The notes under the pieces are model-generated. The model was not told the DNA's origin and ran no database searches. It was given only the letters and a program-made list of their open reading frames with translations. From the NCBI GenBank assembly GCA_003693705.1, contig RBZT01000563.1, positions 62,001 to 126,000 of the forward strand: a stretch of 64,000 nt of DNA, given 5' to 3'. How positions within the stretch are numbered: position 1 is the stretch's first letter; each line of letters starts with the position of its first letter. Source of the stretch: Polymyxa betae A26-41 (lineage: Eukaryota > Protista > Endomyxa: Phytomyxea). The position numbers and the translations under genes are program-made. Positions 51,134 to 64,000 of this stretch are shown here, piece by piece.

Positions 51134-54100
51134 TTATACAGTTTTTCTTATAGCGGTACTGGTATGATTTGAAATTGCAACATCTCGCTTTACTAGCCCT
51201 TTTTTGCGCTGCTTGAATATCGAAGATTTCTTTTCGCGCTGGCGCTTTTTCGCCCGAGAACGCTTCTCTTTACGTAATGCAGCCTTGGCAGGATCTAAGA
51301 CAGCTTCGCGGGCTGTAGTAATTCTCCTTTGTTCTCGTTTCTCGGCATGAAACGTTCGTATTTCGGTGCTCAGCTAATGGTGAGTGGTTAGCGCATTCAA
51401 TGCTGCTGAATAGACCTCAATACCTTAAGAAAATGCTCAGTGCCAATCTTTTGTGATAGGTTTTGTAGAATTCCTTCAGCGATGTCCTTGCAGGCATGCT
51501 TAGGAGCATTAGCAATCGGATCAGCAGGGGAGAAGATGCTGGTAGTAAACTGTAGGAGAAGTTCAATAGACGCAACGTTCACGAGGTCCAGAATCCATTG
51601 GAGACAATGTCGCACAACTTGTGGAGATGGAGTTCTGCGAGATCGAGTGGAGATTCTGTGAATAATACGAGAGATAACCTGCCATCACACTAAGTAACCT
51701 ATATGTAAAACAAAAGCCTACCGACCTCTAATTCTGATTGCTTTTCGAACAAACTTATAACAATTTTGCGCAAGTTATCGCCGGCAGCTTTGAAAAGAAG
51801 AGGGTCGAAATGATCTTCCAAAAAATGAATTACCGAAATGAAACGTTTGATGATACGACGTACCAGAACAAAAATAAGATAAGAAAGCATCCGCCCAAGG
51901 AGCAAACGGCGCCGGAATATCCACATTGACGAAGAGCTCGCTGATATGCATTCGGACAGAACTATTGGGATAAAGGGAAAGAGATAAGATCGCTGGCAAG
52001 CATTTGTTCGCCGAACTGGAAGGGAAGCAACCTCCAACTAGCTTGATTGAATGGTTGCTGCACAGATAGGTTAATCGTGGCCGACAAAACGTGAATTATG
52101 CTTACACTAGAGGTACATAATCCTGAGCCCTCTTTCCGAGAGCTTCGTCACTGCCATCCATAAGCAACGACTGAAGAAGGTCTCCAGCTTGTTCAAGTGT
52201 TGAGCGTGCCAATTCAAGCCATTCAGTGTTGAGCCTGGCAGTTCCCTGAATGAGTCTTGCTGTGTATACAGCGACAGTTTGCAAGGCTGGATCGGGACTT
52301 CGCCACCAGACGGTTATTAATGACATTAGTTGAGTGCACGCTCCTATTGAGAAACTAAGCACCACATTCAACAAGGTTCAATCTGCATACCTGACGAGAC
52401 TTTAGTTGCAACCAGTTTGATGAGGCTCTCCACTTGGTCCAGACACGGCTGCGAATTTTCGTTGATCAGGCGGGTAACTGCTGGCAGGAAAACAAGTTGG
52501 GAATGTTGATCCAGAACTGATTGCGGAAACCGAGAAGCGCACAGAGATAACATATTGAGAGCAGCTGAACAGGGCTCAGCTTAGAGCCACTTACATCACC
52601 AAACCGGATCTTACCTAGACGACCATGAGGATGGACATAATCAGACATGTTCACAGCATAGGTACGAAGATATCTTTCAATTCGTTTTGCAGTCAGCGGA
52701 TAATCAAGCAAATACTAAGCCGAGAATGAGCATAAGTTTCCGCGAAAACGAAGAAAAATCCAACCTGGATGACAGCCTGCTGAGCGGCTTTCTTAATGCT
52801 GAGATCGTCAGCATTGACAACAATATCCTTCACCTGTTCCATAAGATCATGCAGTGATTTCGACAGTAGTTTGCGACATAGGACTGCTTTCAATAGCGAT
52901 AAAGCCCCAGGTGCACTCGACATATCCTAGCGAAATCATATCACCACACTATTTTTCGAGTATAAGAGCGCACACATACCCCAATGCGTTGCTTCACAAA
53001 TTCAATCAGGATGGCCAGATGTGCTTCAGAGATCTCGAAAACAGTGCAGCGCCGAAGCAGCGAAGTCAAGGCGCGCAGGCAGATACCGGCATAAGTAGCC
53101 GATCCTGCAAAGAATCGGATAAGAACAACAGTAAAGGTACAACAACTGCTTTACCGTTCTGGATTCCAGTAATCATGATGGCCGCGAACTCAGCAGCATG
53201 CGTAGCCAGTGAAGGCAAATGGTTTACAGTTTGCAAGAGCGATGCAAATGTTCTTAGAGCAATTCCGGATACCTCCGTACTATCACAGCGCTCAACGCAG
53301 CGAAGCAGGAGAGCTACGAAGGGATCCAAAAGGGATTGGATCTTGTCGTGATCCAGATTCTGGCTGTCATCAAACTTCGGAACGGTGTCGACTTGGTCTT
53401 CGTCGGCGCAAGTGCTCTTTGTTCGTTTGGAGTAGATCTTATCAGAAATGACATTCTCAAAAAGCTGCAGACCGAAGCTGAGCATTATAGCAGTTGAGGT
53501 GAGGTTCCGTTTAGATGGCTTAGGCTTAAGATCTCGTAATGGTGCTTTGGGGACGGTGACCAGCTCTTCCGCCGTCTTCTTATTATCCAAGAGCTTCTGT
53601 TTCTGCATTAGGATTAGAACGAGTGCTAAGAACAGAAACGGTTCTAACTGTTGCGGCTGACTGTGGAGCGGAAGTAGTGTCTTCAAGATTACTCTCCAAC
53701 ATGCTGTAGATGAAAATCAGCATATCTTGAGTACCGGTGCTTGGATTTCTGCGAAGACCAATAGCCAAACGCGAAATGACATTTCGCATCACCTCTCGCG
53801 TAAAAGTATTCGGATCCTCTTCCATGCGACTGGAGACAATCAATTTACGCCAGAAAACAGAACAAATTTGGAACCTTCGATAGGCTTGAATGATTTGAGT
53901 CATATTTTGATGTGAAAAGGTGACATTGGCTGCAACGAGTTCCAAGGAGTGAAGAGATTGTCGTTTACGAGACTCTCGAGTCTGTTTAGGCATATCCGCA
54001 ACATTCAATAACAGGTCGGTTCCAGTTATATCTAAAATCATGGAGAGACTTGAATCAACGGATCCTGTCAACAGTCAGCAAAAATCAGCTGAAATGTCAT

Positions 54101-57100
54101 GAAATCACCTGAACCAAGCGAAGGCGACAATTTATCAAGAAGCGCATGCAGAACAAATGCCAAGACAGGCAGCTTAAACCCGTTCCTACACATTCATTGT
54201 TGAAAAAGTAAGGTTTTCATTCAAAACGATCAGCAAACCTGAGAAAGTGCATCATCTCCTTAACAATGAAGGGCAAATAATATGGACCAAGGTCATTCGC
54301 AACAGCACAAAGCGTAACTCGAGCTGCATCTCGGTCGCTCTGGTCCTTGCTGCTCAGTTTCGACATTATCATCGAAATAAGCCGCGGAATCCGAGATTCG
54401 AGAGCTTCGGGGACAGTTAAGGAGTTGGTGTAAAGCAAAAGCCAGATGTTTCGTACCCTGTTGAGGAAGGCGCTTTAACACTCTGACAATGGCCATGGCA
54501 ACGGAAATTCGAATTTCATTGCCATCTTGCAGATGACCGTAGAGATGTGGTAAAACAGTCTCTAGAAGGAATCGTCCAGCAAGTTTTCGCGAATCCAGAT
54601 CAGTTTGCATCTCGACCTGATCTTCATCATCGTCTTGCTCCTTTTCTGCATCGCATGCTTCAGAATTGCCATTAGCGAGCTCCGCACTGTCAACAGGATC
54701 GATATCAATGTCAAAACCCCATCCATCAATAAGAGCGCTTGTCGCCTTGAGTAATGGCCTGAAAAGGGATGCGTTCCTCTTCATAGCACGAATCAGTGCC
54801 AAAAGCGTTTTCTTATACTGAGACCACGACTGGCGAACAGCGACATCTGAGAAGGTTCGAATAACCTCATCCTCGGTTGCAGAGTCCAGTGATGGAGCAT
54901 TGTATAGAAATTGCAGCAGCAAAGGCCGAAGAATGGCGTGAGCGCAACGCTCCGATACTTGACCTGTAGCATGTTACAGTTATAACAAACAGGCGTGAAT
55001 GATCTGGTACCGACCATTTTGACAAGCAACGCGAATACGACCCAAGGCTCGGCGGCGACGGTGACTCTGAATGTGAAGCAAGTTGTGCAGAATATCGGTC
55101 TCAGAATCCTCAAGCGAAATCAGCAAACTCAGATCATTAAAATCTTTCTGGAATCCGGCAATCAATGAACGAAGCACCTAAACAGATTCAGCACGATTTC
55201 CAACAAAAAGAAACATCATGATCACTTTGGCACAAGAAATGAGAATTTTCTCGTTGCGGATTTTGGAAAAATTGCTGCGAATCTGGGGAAAAATTAAATT
55301 ATTTAATATAGCTGGGGCAGAATCTGATCCTTGGGTGACCGCTGATGGCCACTGACTAAGGCTGTGTTCGGCATGACGACGGATAGAATCATCTAATTAC
55401 CGAAATCAGCCATAAGGAGTAAGAAACCAGCGTTCAAACCTGGATTCAAGAGATCAAACAATATTTGACAGAACAAGGGAAATGACTCTTTGAAGTTGTT
55501 CTCCCAAGAAGCAAGTGATGTATATGTTGCTGAACGCAAGTTGAAATCTGGCTCATTCTCCTGCATTCAAATAAATAAAACAAAATCCACCATAGCAACG
55601 TAAACAACCAGTTTGGTGATGACGAAAGAGTTCAGATCACGCAGAGGCTTGGCTTCTGGAAGCTGAAGAGAGGTGGCCATATCACAAATATATGAACGAA
55701 TTTCCCGATCAGCAGCAGTAAGAAGAAGTCGATGAACAGATGAGAAATATGCGACGCGATCCGATTCGGGAACTACGTTAAACAATTATAAAGGCGATGT
55801 TATAAATGGAAACAATAATGTACCAAGGACAATCAGTGAGCTAATGGCCTTCATCACAGTCCGCAAATCGCTGATCGAGGACGTTTTCGTGAATTTCAGC
55901 AGCAACTGAATCAGCTTTCCGCAATCGTGCTCGAGAGCAGATTCGATGACAAACGGAACCAAACGGTTCAATAGGGACAGAGCCAGATTCGGAACCTAGA
56001 CAGAGTCAATCGATCACGATGAGCGAGATTCAGTCGTTATTACAGATTCACTCTGAAGTAGACCGCAAAGTAAAACTTGTAGGCTGGACATCAGTTCAGA
56101 AACTTGCAGCGTACTCAGGCTGTTGTCGTCAATAAGGTTATTAGCAAACTGGATGACTCCCTGGACAACATCCTCTACAGGGCAACGTGCAGCCAAAATG
56201 GAGAACATGCTTCGAACTATCTCAGGATTGACAAGCAAAACAGGTTTAAGCTCGTCATGACTAGATAAAGCGATAATGAAGTCCATCAAACCTGCATCAC
56301 CTTAAGTCAGTTCAAAATAACCAACATGATACCTCAAACCTGTTCGAGCCTGGGTTAACTCCTGATTCATTCTTGGAGCCCATCGCAGAGCGACGTTAAC
56401 AATATCCGAGCAAGCAGAGTTTTGCCTAGCTAACACTTCGGGGAAGGAATCCACCAATCGTGCAGCGACAAAAAATAAACGACGGAGCAGGTCTCTGGAG
56501 ACAACACCGCCATCTTTGCCTAAAAACGGTTAACCTTTCGCAACCAGTGGATCTTAAAGAAGTACATGATGCTTCCATATCTGCAGCAGAGTCGATTGAC
56601 TTGTCAAGTGATGCCCCGTGATGGGCGACCATCGAACCGAGACAGACGAATATCTCATCGCTTATCCGACATAGACGATGGTCGAAATGACGATGCAATA
56701 AGGTCAAAATATCAACAAATCTGAAGAAACAGTAACTCTAAACACGCCCCATAACCACGAATGTAGCGTTACCGTGATTGAACAGAAAGTCGCATAGAAA
56801 GAGGAGCCTTCAACACTTCAGTGCCTAAAGCGACTCGAATAAACGCGTCAAGTTCGGCATCCGACACGACACCGATAAAAGTCAAAGCGGCAGCGCGCAT
56901 GGAGCTCTGCTTCCCCTTCGCTGTCAACTTGGGCAAGATCAGTCGATACACAACCGGGAGTAGCGAGGAACGTTGCTCTGGAAGTATATCCTCAGAAGAG
57001 CTAAAAATCATCATTATTGTTGGAAATCATAAATAACCGAAAACATGGTACCATGCTAAGGAAAGAGTGGTCATTTGCTCTCGGGCCTTATTTGGATCGC

Positions 57101-60038
57101 ATATCGCCAAAAGTGCATCTTTGTGAGCCAATAATGCTGCGTCCTTGAACTGAAGTAACGCTTCAACAGTGAGGCGTTGAAGCTCAGCCTCAGGACGTGA
57201 CAACAAAATCGACAAAAAGTCAAGCAGTTCACAGGCATAGGGTAAGGATTTGGGCTTCTTGATGCGACCCAGCACTAATTACATGGATTAGTAACCCGAT
57301 TGTGAAACACTCAAATGAAGCTGACATTTTGTCCAAAGAACTAGATGCTGGTAGGTATGTTGTTCATGCTGTTTGATGAGCGAAGGCTGCTGCTTGGAGC
57401 GATGCTGTCGGTAGACCACTTGGAACTGTTCTCTAATGAATCTTAGCAGAAGTTGGCCTAAGAGTTAATCAGATATTCAGCGGAGAACCCTCAGCATCAC
57501 CGACCTAACTGTTGAGATTCACTGTTTGCAACATTGCATTGTGGCAGTAACATCGTATTCATCATCAAGCTAAACATCATCTGATAGGAGGGTTAGAATC
57601 TGAAAGTGCCTTACAAAAAAGGAAAACTACCTGAGTGTCAGTAAATCTGCCAGCATCCTCCAAATTGGAAAAATGATTCTCTCGGTCAGCTGCAATGACA
57701 ACAGATGAGGATTCGTAGGATTCTTCCAGATGCTTTACGAAAGTCTTTGCAAACGAGTGTATATGCAACAATGACGCCAGACATTCTTGTACCGGTGGCC
57801 AGAACAGGCGAAACTTGATTCTAATGAGTCAAAGAAGTCAGTGCAAACAATTAAGAAGAAACCGAACATCTACCGAAAAATTCCAATAAAGAACGGAATG
57901 ATGGTTGCTTGCAGTGAGTCTGGTAGACTATTGTCCAATGCGATCCTTCCAATCTTAGTAACCATTCTTGCAACGTCTCGTTCTGTTTCAAGGCTTGGCT
58001 CCTGAGCAGGCACTTAGCAGGTGGAACACTATGTTTGAATGCAACGAACAGTTTCAGAAATGCTCAACATCAGAAGAAACAGCTCCCCGGCTTGTTCGCA
58101 AACAGAAGCAGCAGCACGATGCAGAATCTTGAGTGAAATTAAGCGCAGCTTCTCACTCGGATGCGAGAGATTCGGCGTCAGTATCGAGAGAGCGATTTCA
58201 GGTTCCAAGAATGGAGAGAGATCGGCGATCAGGTTCAGGCATTGCAAAGTTACCAGATGGGTGGGATTCTGACGAAACTTTGCCACTATTGACTCGGAAT
58301 AGGCTGACAAATCTGCAGCGAGACCGAAAGCCGCAAATGCGGTTTCATTTAAATCATGCAGCAGTGAGTATCGCTGAAGCAGATTGGTGATTTCAGCATT
58401 GAAATTGTGAGACAGATGTGGAAGAATGGTCAATGCTGACAATGCCGATTCTTCTGATTGTAGCATCTGGCGTAGTTCGGAAAGATGATCAGCTTTCAGA
58501 GACATTTTGTATGAAACATCCGCTAATTCCGGGATGTACCCTAGTTCAAAGTTGACAACAAATAAAGCACAGCAAAACGGAACAAACCTGCAGTGAGCAA
58601 TGCAAAGCTATCGGCTAAAGCGGCCCGTTCTCTGCAATAGCGTTCAATCTGATGCAGCACAATGTTGTATACAGTGGTAGAGACTTTGGCCCGTACAACT
58701 TCAACGAACTTGATCAGCTCGGCCAGAGCCGCATTGCTGTGATGGAAGACATAATACAACAAAGGCCCAGGGTTGACATCAGTATGCATTAACATAACCG
58801 CAATCAGTTGCAATAGTTCAACGTCAGCATGGCCTGACTTCATCAAATTTTCCAAAACGTTGGACAGTTTCGTGATGTTGGTAACACGTGACCCCCGACG
58901 ATTCGCAATCCAGATACGAAGACATCGAGCTCCGTGAACACGACCGAAATCGGGACTAAGCGCGTGGTCGTAGAGCGTGTTGCAGATTGGTTCACAATAC
59001 TTTACTTCTGTCATCTCGTTCATCCGAACCAGAAGTGATTTTAAGAACTGTTCGGTTTGTGGCGCGAATCGAGCGCTGGCTGCAATGACATGGGGCAAAA
59101 TGTCGGGCATGCAGCTGTGAAATTGGCGCCCTTGCAGTTTGAAACAGTGAAAGAATAGACTGGTAAGTCCACTGCTGCAGTTGCTGTTATCGTATGGCGA
59201 TTTCTCGATAATTTCGGCAATAACAGCAGCTCGCAAATCCGGTGTAACCTACGAATCGCAAATCAGTTGAGACGCAAGGAGAGAATCGCCTCGGGTACTT
59301 TTCTGAGCAGGTAGGCGAACGTTTCAGCTGCAAATTCTCGCACGAATGGCTTCTTGTGGGTGAGCACCCGACAGTATGTGTCGACATACAAGATATGTGT
59401 AATCGGGATCAGATAGCGCAGCAAGTATTTGAACAGCCTCGCTATGCAGGTGAACAGGGCCTCCAATACGGCTGGCTGCATCGGGTCGATCCGATCGAAC
59501 AGGCCCGCCAATACACGCGAGAATTCGCTCATGAACTCCTGGCGTAGATCAAGGGCCAGCACGCCAATTAGGTCCAGCAAAGCCTCTGCGAGAAATCAGA
59601 CCAGAAGTGATGTGCTAAAAATGCAATTATTCCGACCTGCACACTGGCAGTTCGGTCTGGATAAATGATCGAGTATAAGCTCGACAGTTGTGGTCTTGTG
59701 ATGCAGCAATAACGGCAACGAGGCGCCAGAGGCAAGGTGCCGGACATCCCGAAGGAAACTCTGGAATGACGACGTCTTGTTGAGCTCGCTCCATGATGCT
59801 AAAGCCTTCGCGAAATACGTCGCGTTGATGTCGTTTTCGTCGATACTAATTATTCAATGTCATTTTGAGACAAAGAACAAACAAGGTAGGGCGGCGCAAC
59901 CTACCTGTCATGTTGGGTACGTTCAATACGACGATGGATATCGACATTGATTAATTTGATACGATCACTGAATGATCGGAATGTGACACGTTTGGTGCCC
60001 TTTCCAAGCTTGTTCAAGCACTTTACTTGCAGATCCAT
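51134..60038 (-). CDS. UTP20: Small subunit processome component 20 (U3 snoRNP HEAT protein), ~25+ exons
   Basis: N-terminal TFRSFSDRIKLINVDIHR, WSELNKT, SLPLLLHHK, LALDLRQEF, FVREFAAE; NLLHIQSHRRRRAL; RDAARVTL...LGPYYL; LDYPL...Y.HPHGR; basic C-terminal tail. Confidence 0.92.
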
Positions 60039-60726
60039 ATGTGCCGGGCGATTCAGGGATCTGAGCAAAAAGCCCAGTCAAAAAGCTTTGAAAATCGCAG
60101 AGGATTGATCGTTCGGATGCCGCACGGACTCTTGCTTTTGACCTCTTCGAATCGACGATTCGGCTTCAATTTCGTGTAAAGCAAGAACATCAGCACTCCT
60201 CCATCACGAACTGATATAACATTACATCCTACAACGAATGCTTGCATATGGTCTTTCATTTATTCAGTCGAATTTATCGATAAGCCCATTTTGGTGATTA
60301 TTTATCATTTGTGTTAAAGAGAATCGTACTCAACATGGAGGACCATGGCGAGCAAGAAGCTATTGCTCATACATCGGCTAGGATTATCAAACATTGCTTC
60401 CCAGATATCCACTTTCGATTTGCACATCGATGAGCAGGCTTGGTTCGGTGCATAAAACCTCTTAAATATCGTAACCTGCAGAATTACAAATCTTTGTTGA
60501 CTTCAGAAAGGGATTTTGTTATGGACGTAACGCACTAAAGCGCCTCCTTTTATTACGTCGAATTCGTTACGCAAGTAGTAGGTTGAAGCGTGTCATTATA
60601 CAGGATCTCCAAATGGCTTCATTGGCTTGCTGTAGACATGTTGGTCTATTTCAGGTTGTGTGACCGACTTCTACAATAATCGCTGTCTTGACCAGTGTCG
60701 TCGTTGGGATTTCACATTCTCGGCAT

Positions 60727-63700
60727 ATGAACCAGAGCCATGACCCTTGGTCGAGCGTCCCCATTCGCAGCCAATTTTTGGACGCCTCTTTACACTCGGA
60801 TTTCGAACATGATCCGATCATAGGTCTAATTTCTTCCTTCCACTGTTTAAAATCCAGCTTGGAACGAATAATCAGCGAGGCATATAGTGGTTTCACTTCG
60901 CTAAAGGACAGCGAGGGAGCTATCCTGAAGCAATATATTAGTTGCCTAAATAGATCATTACCAATCGCCGAGAAGCTTGAATCTTCTGATGGCAGCCCGG
61001 AATCTGTTGCCGAACTAATCAGCTGCACTATGCAAGCGATATCTCTCCTAACTCCTACAGATTGCAAACTCATTATCGCGTCGTCGTTTGTTAGCGAGCA
61101 CGGAAATCGTGCTCCCGTTTCCATCCTTTTAATTCGACGCCCAACGTCTTTTGTCGTTGTAATCTGCAATCCCAATGAAGAGGCCCAATCGTTTCATTCA
61201 ACGGACGGCGAGGATCACGTTCAGTCATGCTTATTTATTGACAAAGTTCCACTCGATGCTTTCCATGATAATCCTTGTATTCTCTACTCCTTTTTTCGAA
61301 TGGCCACTGGATCTGGCGAACAGTTTCCACAGTCAATTTTGTACGAGGTGTGTATTGAGTTGGGTTTTTCCGTTCATGGATCCTAATGCGCTCAATCAGG
61401 TCCTGGTTCCGATTCTTTCTGGTCGGTCGCTTGCTGAGCTGAAATGCAGCCAGCCGAGCTTCCTTCCATATCGGCGTCCATCTCGATCACGTTTTCCTTA
61501 CAGAACGGTTAGGGAAGTAATCCTGAACGGGCTGGCGTTATCTGGATTCTCACTGGCTCAGCTGAAAACGATTTCACATTTGATTCGACTTTGCTTGTTT
61601 GAAGATGCAGCCTGTGTTATGGATGCTGGCCCGTTATCCAGGCAAACTGTATTTCCTGTAGTTCAATCAATGGCCATCCAAATCTCCAAACACAGACGTT
61701 CAGGATTCGTTTCTGAATGTATCCTGAAACGTAGTGCAAAAGTCATCCAAGAAGTTTTTCAACGAATAGAATCGCTTCCTTCATCACAAATTGCGTTGGA
61801 GAAAGTCCAGTCTACTGTTCAGTGGTAAACTCATTGAACCTCTTCCTCAGTTGAAATTCATGAAGTGTCGGTAGGCTCCCAGTGCTCAATTTGAATGAAC
61901 TGGCTCAACAATTTCAAAACGAGGATGCCTTTATTAATACGGGAGCGAACAAGCAGCTGCCTTTATCAAAGGAAACTCCACGTCCTTGCCTATCGCTCGC
62001 TCTGAAACCAGCAAGTGTCGTCGGAAGTTCTGTATTACGAATGATCCACCTTTCAAAGATATTACAAAAGTACTATCATGAGAATCGGCTTACGGACTCT
62101 ATTAGAACAGCAGTGGAACTCTGTCATCATGTTGAAACATTCGTTGTCGATCTCGATCCGGTTATCGAATCTTCAGCAGTCCAGATCAAATCCGCTTCCG
62201 AGCAGCGTCAATTTGTTGATGCGATCATGGTTCTATCTGAAACGTACCTTTCTGCGTCGTATAGTCTCCCGGAACTGAACGATGAACTCACTTTGATACG
62301 TTGGCGTCGCACTATTGTTCTATGCACGTTGGCGGTTATGTACGATTTGGTGATCCGCTCAGAATGTGGACAGGGAACTGCAATATCATCAACTCTGCAA
62401 CGGTTTCATCTGGATCTTTGCGATCGTGATGGTATCAGCAATAACTTCCCATCGTTGCTTTTTACTTGTGCTGAGACAACTTTAGGATCCAATTTAGATA
62501 CGGCTCTGAGAGACGCTCAGTTTCCTAATGAGCCAAAAATGGCAGATGCCAGATCCCGTCTGATCCAATATTTCCGGCAACAATTGCACAACAGACCTTC
62601 TCAATCTCTCACGGTTTATGCACTTTCGGTTAGGCTATTGATATCGCTAAACAATTCGTTTTAATTGTTTGCTTTAGGGTCAGGTTCAATCCACAGATAC
62701 AATCGCACAATTCATTACCACTGCCATAATAAACGGGCAAGTGTCGAATAATGCTAAAGTGGATAGAAACATGCCGAGCTTGGAGGCTCTGACCATTCTG
62801 TCATCTTCCACGAATCAGCAGCTGGATAACATGTGCTTCGGTTTGAGGCAATACCTGTTTCTTCTCGTTCATATTGCCATCTCTATGGACCACTGTATGC
62901 TTGAGATATCATGTGGTATAACTTCTGAATAATGTCAGGCTGTCTGATACGCCCCGGATTATATTTATCAGTTGCTCTTCAGCCCCGTTTTATCATTGAC
63001 AAATTCTGCTCAGATTCGGCATTCGTGTGTATCTCAATGATGAGACGAAAGCAACTTCGATTCAGCAACAATCAGTCATCGTTTGTTGATCGATTACTAT
63101 CGAAGGTCTCTAATAGCTTCTCATCGTTTGGATTACATGGTCTGATTCCTTTCAGATTGGAACTGGTATGCAAACTTTCTTATCTGCACAAGAATCGGCG
63201 CTGCTTTCACGCATCGTCAGGGACAGCAGTGGCCCGATGACTCTGCATCTTCTTTTAGATTTTGTCGCTTGCCATAGACTGCATCTTATAAACTGGACAT
63301 GCTTCCAACAATTATTCACCTACTGCTTGTTTCGATGTGGTGAAACGGTATCTGCTTGCATAATTTGTACTCTAGAAGCCTCATTGCTTTCAGGCAACGC
63401 AAATGTACAGTAGCCAAACAATGATTCCGTCACACGTTGGCTTTTTTCGGAATTGTGCTTTGTTAGAACATAATGTTTCAAAGAGCCTAGTTTCAGTTTG
63501 CATTTCTCTTGCTGAAGTCGTTCTGCAGGTATACTTTCATCAAAATCTAGGAGTTGATATTTATTCCTTCTGCGCAGGATCCATCGTGTTCATCTTCCGC
63601 TTTCAGGTTTTTGTACGAAACTTTTACTTGCATTGTTCATTATTTCAAAAACACTTGCGACGCTGGAATCTCGAGGCTGCATCAATACTGCAAAGATAAG

Positions 63701-64000
63701 ATGTATCCTCGATTGCGAGCTATGATTGAATCGCTATTCGAATCGTGTAACGATTCTACGCAGTCGCTAGAAGAGATCTCGAAGTTTTTCGTCTCAATAA
63801 TTAGGTGAAATTATCGCAGCACAGTTACCGATTCATATTGGTTAAAGTTTTTGTAGATGCCGCGAAAATTCTGATGATGCCAAGATTGCAATAGCGTTCA
63901 TCGAGACGTGGTCTTCCCACAATGTCTACCTTAGAGATAACATGTTACCTGATGCGATTCGATGCTCTATTACATTTCAAAGATTTGCTTCAGACACTAT
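60727..64000 (+). CDS. Large hypothetical multi-exon protein (continues past window end)
   Basis: Consecutive long + strand exons (60688-61386, 61175-61828, 61882-62664 and beyond) separated by typical short introns. Upstream exons near 60346-60580 are possible. Confidence 0.6.

Overview
Gene-dense eukaryotic nuclear DNA of roughly mid-40s % GC (estimated by eye). Genes carry many short (~45-60 nt) spliceosomal introns with GT..CTAAY/CTGAY..AG signals, and intergenic gaps are often under 200 bp, which is why the ORF track is fragmented. Flagellar and centriolar genes (DNAAF6/PIH1D3, CSPP1-like), a TmcB-type PAS protein and this architecture suggest a zoosporic protist, possibly a phytomyxid/plasmodiophorid such as Spongospora (inference only). 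About 28 genes can be reconstructed. They include an HMG-box gene, MSH5, SRP receptor beta, a basic-helix+SAM protein, ARPC5, a TauE exporter, PTAR1, RanGAP, CSPP1-like, a TRAPP-like protein, a CNBD-family cation channel, PEX2, a second HMG-box gene, NVL/Rix7, a GNAT-like orphan, IVD, a secreted M13 peptidase, SMG8, a bacterial-type sirtuin, DNAAF6, an Ig/filamin-repeat secreted protein, a TmcB-like protein, UTP20 and a large unknown protein running off the end. I found no rRNA, tRNA, CRISPR array or intact transposon. No clear multi-gene novel system is evident. The best leads are a densely base-paired ~320-nt GC-rich leader in front of the basic+SAM gene, a channel with a PIGYGD filter and degenerate cNMP site, a 126-bp coding tandem repeat, GC-AG introns and several orphan or secreted genes. 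Exon boundaries were read by eye and are approximate.
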